64,000 bases of DNA from assembly GCA_038750875.1 (NCBI GenBank), contig JBCDGU010000014.1, positions 7,776-71,775 on the forward strand, read 5' to 3'. The notes beneath the pieces were generated by a model. That model did no database searches. It was not told the DNA's origin and saw nothing but the letters and a program-made list of their open reading frames with translations. Positions 57,392 to 64,000 of the stretch are shown in pieces. The position numbers and the translations under genes were made by a program. The first letter of the stretch is position 1. Each line of letters opens with the position of its first letter. This DNA is from Pseudomonadota bacterium (GTDB lineage Bacteria; Pseudomonadota; Gammaproteobacteria; Pseudomonadales; Halieaceae).

Positions 57392-59449
57392 TTATGGTGT
57401 CGCTATTGCAAAGTCGTTTGGCGGCTCTTCGAGTGCATCGAAAAAGTCCGTCACCGCACCCTTTGATCCATCAATTTTGATCTTTCCGGTGACCACGAGT
57501 ACCAAGGCGCTTTTCTCCTTCAGCACGAGATCATTGAAAATTGATCTCGTGGTTGCGAAGGTCGCCCTCGGATTCTCGGCAGGAATCCCATAGCGCGGAA
57601 AAGCGGTGTCCGGGCCTATCTCAACACTCACAGTCTCTTCCGTATCTGTAAATCTGAACTCTAGTGAGTAAGGCTCCGACTCGATTTGAGTTGGGTCGTA
57701 TCTCGCAGCTAAAGCATCAAAAAGCGCTTCGGTGGGCACGGCCTTTAGAAACGACTCCGCGCCCTCACCTAATCGACTTCCCCGTCGCTTGTTCGTTCTG
57801 AGCTCTTTGGCCGCAGAGAGATAGTAGTTACGAGTTGCGCCACTTTCCGCCAGGAAGCCCAGTTGCTCGAATCCCGAGGCTAGCCAGAGCTTTGCTTCCG
57901 TATTCTCGGGGTTGGCGAAAACGACGTGTCCCAATACTTCTACAGCCCAGCGGTAGTCGCCTTTAGAGAAAGCGGTGCGTCCCTCTTCCAATGCGCTTCT
58001 CTCGCCACCCACTGCAGAAACAAACCTTTTGGCCCGTTCGACTGGGGTGTGTGGATCGAAGCTCGCTGGGTTTCCGCCCCACCATCCAAAATAGTGCTGG
58101 TAAACGGCTTTAGTGTTGTGCGTATGAGATCCGTAGTACCCGCGAACCGATAAGTCTTTTGTCGCGAAACTGGGTTGATCGACTAACGACGGTAGCTCGT
58201 CTCTCGTTGCTCCTGCGTTGGCAAAACGCAGCGTCTGATCATGGACTTTCCGGTACAGGTCTCGATGATGCCGTAAATGAGTTGAAACCTGCGCTTTACC
58301 CCACACGGGCCAGTGGTGAGAGGCGAACAGCACCTCTGCTTTCCCGGAGTAGCGTTGGATGATTCGATCAACCGACTTACTCCAAACAAGAGCGTCGCGT
58401 ACTTTTGCGCCTCTAATAGTGAGTATGTTGTGAAATGTGCCTGTAACTACTTCCGATGTGCACAGTGCTCTAAACCCGGGAAGATAAAACACAAACTCAG
58501 ACGGGGCCTCGGTGCCCGCGGCATCCATGAACTGAAACTCAACCCCATCGATCTCCCTATCATTGATTCCGGGGGGAAGTTCTTCTGTGGGTAGAACTAA
58601 GCTAATTGTTCCAGAGGCTAGACCGGGGCCCAGGCCTGATCCAACTTTTTCCGCTGGGCTGGTTTCGAGCGAGCCGCCGTACATCAGGATTGATCTGCGC
58701 GCCATATGCGCGCCAGCGAGTAGGTTCTCTGAAACAGCCTCTTCGGTGAATTTATGCGGGGCAATGATGGGATACTCAACGTCGAACTGTCTGGCATGTT
58801 CAACGATGCCTTCGGCGCCGCCGAAGTGATCAGCGTGACTATGCGTGTAGATGAGCCCTGTTATTGGCCGCCTTTCCAGAGTTGACTGGACCAGTTCTAT
58901 TGCCGCCTTGGCCGTCTCGATGGTTGTGAGAGGGTCGACTACGATCCACCCGAGCTCCCCGCGAATAACGGTCATGACAGCTAGGTCATATCCGCGAACC
59001 TGATAGATCCCGTCTGAAACTTCGAATAACCCATGCTGCGCTGTCAGCTGCATGTGACGCCACAATGCTGGGTTGGCAGTGTCGGGCGGCGCCGCATCGA
59101 GGAAGTCGAAGGATGCAGTGTTCCAGACGGTGCGGCCGTCACTGTCAAGGATGGCATCGCTTTCTAATCTAGAAAGTAGACCGCGAGTGGCTCGGATTTG
59201 ATCGCTTTCTCTTGCAATGTCCAGTGTGGCGCTAACGAGTCTGTTTGCAGCGGCGGTGTCTTCAGTGGCGGTGCCGGGGGGAGGTCGAGAGATCATTGCG
59301 CCGTTGCTGGGCGCCACCGGTTCGTCGCTTGGGTCGTCTGATCGATCGCACCCGCTCGCTGAAATCAAAACTGCGCTCACAAGCGCTAAAGGAAATTTTT
59401 TTGTTTTGGTCACGCCACTAAGGCCTCGTTGTCGCTGGCACTGACTCAT
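57392..59449 (-). CDS. Alkyl/aryl-sulfatase of the metallo-beta-lactamase fold (SdsA1/Bds1 type), lipoprotein
   Basis: It has the MBL motif THSHADHFGG, followed by a dimerisation domain and an SCP2-like C-terminal region. I trimmed the start to ATG 59449 (GTG 59413 is also possible), which gives the lipobox ISASGC. Confidence 0.8.
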   Translation of the reverse strand: MSQCQRQRGLSGVTKTKKFPLALVSAVLISASGCDRSDDPSDEPVAPSNGAMISRPPPGTATEDTAAANRLVSATLDIARESDQIRATRGLLSRLESDAILDSDGRTVWNTASFDFLDAAPPDTANPALWRHMQLTAQHGLFEVSDGIYQVRGYDLAVMTVIRGELGWIVVDPLTTIETAKAAIELVQSTLERRPITGLIYTHSHADHFGGAEGIVEHARQFDVEYPIIAPHKFTEEAVSENLLAGAHMARRSILMYGGSLETSPAEKVGSGLGPGLASGTISLVLPTEELPPGINDREIDGVEFQFMDAAGTEAPSEFVFYLPGFRALCTSEVVTGTFHNILTIRGAKVRDALVWSKSVDRIIQRYSGKAEVLFASHHWPVWGKAQVSTHLRHHRDLYRKVHDQTLRFANAGATRDELPSLVDQPSFATKDLSVRGYYGSHTHNTKAVYQHYFGWWGGNPASFDPHTPVERAKRFVSAVGGERSALEEGRTAFSKGDYRWAVEVLGHVVFANPENTEAKLWLASGFEQLGFLAESGATRNYYLSAAKELRTNKRRGSRLGEGAESFLKAVPTEALFDALAARYDPTQIESEPYSLEFRFTDTEETVSVEIGPDTAFPRYGIPAENPRATFATTRSIFNDLVLKEKSALVLVVTGKIKIDGSKGAVTDFFDALEEPPNDFAIATP

Positions 59450-59640
59450 CTCCCATCGCACCCCAGGAGTCTGTTGGACAAGGGCTCCGCTCAAGGCGGA
59501 GTTTTCGGCGATGCTCAATTCAATCTGAAGCTTGGTAAGGCTTGTGCTCGAAAAAAGAGATGACGGGGAGGCCGCGTAAGCGGATACGCCAAGCACGCGT
59601 GCATCACCCGTCATCTAAAGCCAAGAAAATTGAATTGCAT

Positions 59641-59684
59641 TGGCACGGTGCGCGACATATTATTTTATTGGCACGGTGCACGCA
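59641..59684 (+). promoter_or_regulatory. Two direct repeats of ATTGGCACGGTGC at 28-bp spacing; the second resembles a sigma54 -24/-12 element
   Basis: TGGCACGGTGCGCG lies at 59641-59654. TGGCACGGTGCACGCA lies at 59669-59684 with GG and GC at the correct -24/-12 spacing. The repeats are about 130 nt upstream of the TonB-dependent receptor gene. Confidence 0.35.
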
Positions 59685-59813
59685 AATAACGAAAGACAAG
59701 CATCGGTACCCAGGCGCCCGGGTTGTAGGGGGCCTTGGCCGTCTCGTTGCAAATCTCAATCTGAACTTTCGTTAGGCACATTCGATAACTCAAATGCCGA
59801 TACGAGGTAAGTA

Positions 59814-62237
59814 ATGCGAGCTTTAGACAAGAAGTCACACACCAATAACTCCCTAGGGCAGATCGGGTCCGTTGCCTTAGGAATCACAGCGCTGTTGCCT
59901 GGAACACTCTCTTTCGCTCAGGCTCCTGTATTAGAGGAAGTGATGGTGACCGCCCAATTGCGGGCTGAATCGGCTCAGGACGTTCCGATTTCTATTGCTG
60001 CCGTGGATGGCGAGCGTATTGGAAATCTAGCCATTACGAACTTGCAGGAGCTAACCGCATACATACCTAACGTAAACATCAATACTGGGGCCCTGACTCC
60101 CAATCTTTTTATCCGTGGTATCGGCAGCGGGACTAATGCGGGGTTTGAACAATCCGTCGGTATGTACATCGACGGCGTATACGCGGGACGAGCCGCACTT
60201 GCCGCTGTACCAATTACTATGGACCTGGAGCGCGTAGAGGTGCTTAAAGGTCCGCAGGGTATTTTGTTTGGTCGGAATGCAATTGCTGGCGCCATCAGCA
60301 TAACCTCTGCGAAGCCGTCTGATGAATTCGAAGCATCAGTCGAGGGATTGTGGGCACCTGATCACAATGAGCAGCAGTACAACGTGATGATGTCGGGACC
60401 AATCTCTGACTCCCTGTCCGGCAGGCTGGCCATCAGATACGACTCCATGGATGGGTGGTGGTCAGACGTGCTCAGCCGTGAAGAGGGGCCAGACATGGAA
60501 AACCTCTATGTGCGAGGAAGTCTGCGCTGGGACGCCTCGGAAAACGTAGAGGTTGATGTGAAGTATGAAGCAGGGGACTTCTTCACCAACAATAATCCCG
60601 GGGTTGTATACCAATCAGACTTCGCCGGGCTACCAAACTTTGCTGGAACTGTCCCATTCCCCGTTATATCTGAGCGCGATGAGGGGGCGTCCGATGCGCC
60701 TAACGAGCGCGATGTCGAAACTGATGTATTGGCAGTCACGGTGAACTGGGATGTGGGTTTCGCTACGTTTACGAGTATCAGCGCATACTCTGGGTATACG
60801 CGGATTGATGAGTCGAACACGGATTTGGCCGCTACGGCATCACTGAATCGAACAGGTGACGAACAGTATGATCAGTATAGTCAGGAATTCCGGCTGGTTT
60901 CTTCTGGCGATGACAAGCTTGATTGGATCGTCGGAGGCTATTATCAACAAGCTGACCTCGAAATAAGGCGCGTTAATACCGATTTGGATTTTGCGCTCTC
61001 AGGCCCTCTTTCAGTGGTCCCGTTGATCATAGTTGATGGATCACCACCCGGTACGCAGCTGTTTGATCAAGAGGCCGAGTCCTGGGCCGTATTTGGGCAG
61101 GGCACCTGGTCAGTGAGCGACACACTTCGGTTTACAGCAGGCGTTCGCTACCAGGAAGAGCGCAAGGATCTAGATAAGATCAATCCACCAAATCCTGGTT
61201 TGGGATTTAGGTTTGGTCCAACGGTTCTGTTTGCCAGTCCGCTGTCAGGTGCTCTCACGTCTGACGTGAGATCTCACACGTTTCTTGGTCTCAGAAGAGA
61301 CGATGACGACATAACTTATACCTTCAACGGGCAGTGGTATCCCCAAGAGGATGTCATGCTCTATGCCAGTGTTAGCACAGGTTTTAAGTCCGGTGGCTTC
61401 GACGAAGCATATAGTGGGGCGGGGGAGACGATTCGTTTGGGTAACCCGCTCACTGGGGAGCCCAATGGGATCGTTGTCCCTGGAGTCGATCCCTCTGTGA
61501 TCGAGTATGAGGATGAACAGGTCCTGTCCTACGAGCTTGGCGCGAAGATGAAGCTACTCGGTGGTGCTGCTGAGCTAAATCTAGCCGTTTTCCAAACGGA
61601 GTACGAAGATCTGCAAGTAAGTTCGCTCGTTGGGGACGTTTTCAGGGTAAGTAATGCAGGTGAGGCTACAAGCCGGGGTGTTGAACTGGACGGACGAGTG
61701 ATTCTCACGGAAGAGTTCAGTTTAGCTGCATCCTTAGCGTACCTAGACGCCACTTATGATGTCTTTGATGGCGCCACTTGTACGATTCCACAAACGACGG
61801 ATCCAGTTAGCAATCCAGGATGCTTGCGAGAAGACGGTTCGAATATTTCTGTTGGAGAAACAGGTGGCCAGAACTTAGCCGGCGAGACGCTGACCTATGC
61901 CCCGGAGTGGAGTGCGAACATCAGCGCGCAGTACTCGACATCCATAACGTCGAACTTAGACTTCACGACGGCCGTAGAGGTCAACTACCGAGACGAGTTC
62001 TACTCCGCGTTAGATCTTGACCCGAACACGATCCACGACTCCTTTACCCAGCTGAACATGAGGGTAACGTTGGCCAGCAACGATGGGAAATGGAGCGTGT
62101 CGTTGCTCGGGAAGAACCTAACGGACGAGGTGACGTACGCTTGGAGAAACGATGTGGCGTTTACCAATTCAAATAGTTACTTCGCAATTGGTGAAAGGCC
62201 GTTGTCTGTCGCTCTCCAGGGACGATATCGGTTCTAA
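59814..62237 (+). CDS. TonB-dependent outer-membrane receptor
   Basis: 807 aa with a signal peptide, a plug domain (IRGIGSGTNAGFEQSVGMYIDGVY) and a C-terminal ..LQGRYRF. Confidence 0.9.
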   Translation: MRALDKKSHTNNSLGQIGSVALGITALLPGTLSFAQAPVLEEVMVTAQLRAESAQDVPISIAAVDGERIGNLAITNLQELTAYIPNVNINTGALTPNLFIRGIGSGTNAGFEQSVGMYIDGVYAGRAALAAVPITMDLERVEVLKGPQGILFGRNAIAGAISITSAKPSDEFEASVEGLWAPDHNEQQYNVMMSGPISDSLSGRLAIRYDSMDGWWSDVLSREEGPDMENLYVRGSLRWDASENVEVDVKYEAGDFFTNNNPGVVYQSDFAGLPNFAGTVPFPVISERDEGASDAPNERDVETDVLAVTVNWDVGFATFTSISAYSGYTRIDESNTDLAATASLNRTGDEQYDQYSQEFRLVSSGDDKLDWIVGGYYQQADLEIRRVNTDLDFALSGPLSVVPLIIVDGSPPGTQLFDQEAESWAVFGQGTWSVSDTLRFTAGVRYQEERKDLDKINPPNPGLGFRFGPTVLFASPLSGALTSDVRSHTFLGLRRDDDDITYTFNGQWYPQEDVMLYASVSTGFKSGGFDEAYSGAGETIRLGNPLTGEPNGIVVPGVDPSVIEYEDEQVLSYELGAKMKLLGGAAELNLAVFQTEYEDLQVSSLVGDVFRVSNAGEATSRGVELDGRVILTEEFSLAASLAYLDATYDVFDGATCTIPQTTDPVSNPGCLREDGSNISVGETGGQNLAGETLTYAPEWSANISAQYSTSITSNLDFTTAVEVNYRDEFYSALDLDPNTIHDSFTQLNMRVTLASNDGKWSVSLLGKNLTDEVTYAWRNDVAFTNSNSYFAIGERPLSVALQGRYRF

Positions 62238-62326
62238 TCCCTTTGGGGGTTCTTCGCTAAAACGCGCCAATGAGACCGCCGGAGTAGTATAGGATTTTGG
62301 ATGGCTCTGGTGGTCGTGATTTGAGT

Positions 62327-62357
62327 GGGCGCCCACCGTCAAGGCGCGCCCTTTTTT
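62327..62357 (+). terminator. Rho-independent terminator
   Basis: GGGCGCCC...GGCGCGCCC stem followed by TTTTTT. Confidence 0.75.
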
Positions 62358-62365
62358 AGTTCGAA

Positions 62366-62383
62366 CAATGAATGTATTCATTG
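62366..62383. promoter_or_regulatory. Perfect 8-2-8 palindrome, an operator candidate
   Basis: CAATGAAT-GT-ATTCATTG lies just after the terminator and about 285 nt upstream of the DUF3604 gene. Confidence 0.3.
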
Positions 62384-62666
62384 CCGGGTGCGTTTGGTTT
62401 TGCTGGATCGTTATCGAAGCTTACTGGAAAATGTGTCGGGGCCTCCGGTTCTGGCTCCGCTTGCTGAGAGTCATGCTTATCTAAAGCAGCTTTGGATCGG
62501 CCAGCTTGTCAGGACGTTTAGCAGAAACATCATTCTGTTCTGTCGGATCCTATGGCTGCACAGTGTGAGTCGAGCGTGAAGGGGCTGGCTGATAATGCTC
62601 GAAAGCTGCATCAACTTAGCGAGCAAGGCAATTTTGGCGGCAGTATCTAAGACAAGGAATGAGAGC

Positions 62667-64000
62667 ATGGCTCTGCGAAAAACATGGATGAGACTGGGTT
62701 GCCTCGGTGTTTTGGCACTGGGCCTGTTCGCGTGTTCGGATAGGGAACCCGAAGTCAGCTTGGAAAAGTCCGGCGATGGCGCCAACACCATCGAGCTGGC
62801 CGAGTTCCCCGAGCGCCCCTATTGGGGTGACACGCATCTTCACACGGACAACTCAGTCGACGCGTTTGGCTTTGGCACCCGGCTGGGTCCGGAGGAAGCT
62901 CTGCGCTTTGCACGCGGCGAAGAGGTCACCGCAACGACGGGTGGCAAGACTCAGCTAGCGCGTCCGCTCGATTTTTTGGTGATTGCAGATCACTCCGACG
63001 GGTTGGGGGCAACGCGTCAACTCTACGATGCGCCACGTTGGTACGTAGATTGGGTGATGGGCGATGAGACCGTCTTGCGCTGGTACGACATGATGCATGA
63101 AAGCCCCGAGCAGTCCATCCTCGCGATCGGCCAACTTATCGCAGCCGCGGCGAGCGGCGATGTCCCGGAGGCGTTCGCAAACGACGACGGCGCAGATGAG
63201 AGAACCAAAGACATCTGGAATACGCAGCTCAGCACCCTGGATCGATACAACGAACCTGGCGTGTTCTCGGCGATTGCAGGTTATGAGTGGACCGCGATGC
63301 CAAACGGCAACAACTTGCACCGCGTGGTCATGTTCCGTGATGGTAGCGACAAGACGCGACAGACCTTCCCATTTCCTGCCATTGACACCACAGCACCGCA
63401 GTTGTGGGAGTACATGCGTGCCTATGAGGAGGAGACCGGGGGGCGGGTACTCGCCATTCCCCACAACGCGAACTTGTCCAACGGCCTCATGTTCCAGATG
63501 ACCATGGAAGACGGCTCGCCCATGACGCCCGAGTATGCAGCGCTGCGCGCCTGGGCGGAGCCCGTGGTCGAAGCCACCCAGATCAAGGGCGACAGCGAAA
63601 CACACCCCTTTCTTTCCCCGAATGATGAAATGGCCGGTTTCGGTGTTCTAGGCTGGGAGTTGGGTAATCTGGACCTTAGCCGAAAAGCCGAGCCCGAAAT
63701 GTATGCGGGCTCTTATGCTCGCTCAGGCCTGCTGCGCGGTTTGACGCTGGAGCAACAGCTCGGCGTAAACCCCTATGCATTTGGCATGATTGGCTCGACA
63801 GATAGCCACACTTCCCTTGCTACCGGCGATGAGAACAATTTTTGGGGCAAGCACACCGGTAACGAGCAGTCCTACACTGACCGTGCTAACAAATCTCAAG
63901 GCCTCGGAACCCGCAAAGGGCGCTTCGGCTGGCACTACCTGGCCGGTGGCTATGCGGCGGCGTGGGCGCGAGGCAATACGCGTGCAGAGATTTTTGATGC
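62667..64000 (+). CDS. DUF3604 family (PHP-like metallo-hydrolase) lipoprotein, 3' end beyond the window
   Basis: Not in the ORF track because there is no stop. My translation from ATG 62667 (AGGAA RBS) is stop-free to the window edge: MALRKTWMRLGCLGVLALGLFAC...YWGDTHLHTDNSVDAF...GYEWTAMPNGNNLHRVV...IPHNANLSNG...GSTDSHTS. Confidence 0.8.
   Translation, partial: MALRKTWMRLGCLGVLALGLFACSDREPEVSLEKSGDGANTIELAEFPERPYWGDTHLHTDNSVDAFGFGTRLGPEEALRFARGEEVTATTGGKTQLARPLDFLVIADHSDGLGATRQLYDAPRWYVDWVMGDETVLRWYDMMHESPEQSILAIGQLIAAAASGDVPEAFANDDGADERTKDIWNTQLSTLDRYNEPGVFSAIAGYEWTAMPNGNNLHRVVMFRDGSDKTRQTFPFPAIDTTAPQLWEYMRAYEEETGGRVLAIPHNANLSNGLMFQMTMEDGSPMTPEYAALRAWAEPVVEATQIKGDSETHPFLSPNDEMAGFGVLGWELGNLDLSRKAEPEMYAGSYARSGLLRGLTLEQQLGVNPYAFGMIGSTDSHTSLATGDENNFWGKHTGNEQSYTDRANKSQGLGTRKGRFGWHYLAGGYAAAWARGNTRAEIFD

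Noticed and set aside
62955-63605. 216-aa minus-strand ORF
   Set aside because: It is antisense to the stop-free plus-strand DUF3604 reading frame, which has clear family motifs. It is the typical shadow ORF of GC-rich DNA.

Overview
This window looks like chromosomal DNA from a fairly GC-rich gammaproteobacterium, probably a marine or Pseudomonas-like lineage. That placement rests on gene order and protein signatures only; no search was run.

**Conserved core (about 23.5-36.2 kb).** The order is smpB, Na+-dependent transporter, ratA, rnfH, bamE, fur, recN, hrcA, grpE, dnaK, dnaJ, dapB, thioredoxin-TPR co-chaperone. There are good sigma32-type promoters in front of grpE and dnaK.

**Left of the core.**
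- A secreted-protein gene running off the left edge.
- A DUF305 + LVIVD beta-propeller fusion protein.
- A C-terminal AraC-family gene fragment.
- An iota-carbonic-anhydrase-like gene followed by a SulP/STAS anion transporter gene.
- ssrA (tmRNA, tag ANDDNYALAA), followed by two extra tandem units that each repeat the tmRNA 3' end.
- DUF1761, DUF924 and fpr.
- A perfect Fur box with no obvious target gene.
- A D-aminoacylase and a solute-binding protein.
- An imelysin / DUF1111 di-haem / DUF1513 / imelysin cluster, divergent from a cytochrome c peroxidase-like gene, a TonB-dependent receptor and a beta-helix protein.

**Right of the core.**
- Two acyl-CoA dehydrogenases, an SDR, aceK and two translationally coupled histidine phosphatases.
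- tesB and a single-chain double TetR regulator.
- A visibly more AT-rich accessory stretch: LysR plus two NTF2-like genes, a prolyl oligopeptidase, a GST, a DUF4177 + membrane protein pair, PucR-type regulator / Baeyer-Villiger monooxygenase / SDR, a TetR, an SdsA-type alkyl sulfatase, a second TonB-dependent receptor, and a DUF3604 gene running off the right edge.

I saw no rRNA, canonical tRNA, CRISPR array, transposase, integrase or recognisable defence system.

**Most interesting observations.**
- The tmRNA-3'-end tandem units downstream of ssrA.
- The iota-CA-like / SulP pair.
- The orphan Fur box.
- The two (Asp-Pro)n-tethered periplasmic proteins that bracket the imelysin cluster.
- aceK coupled to two histidine phosphatases.
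- A possible secondary-alkyl-sulfate / ketone catabolic island.

All family assignments come from reading motifs by eye and need HMM or BLAST confirmation.
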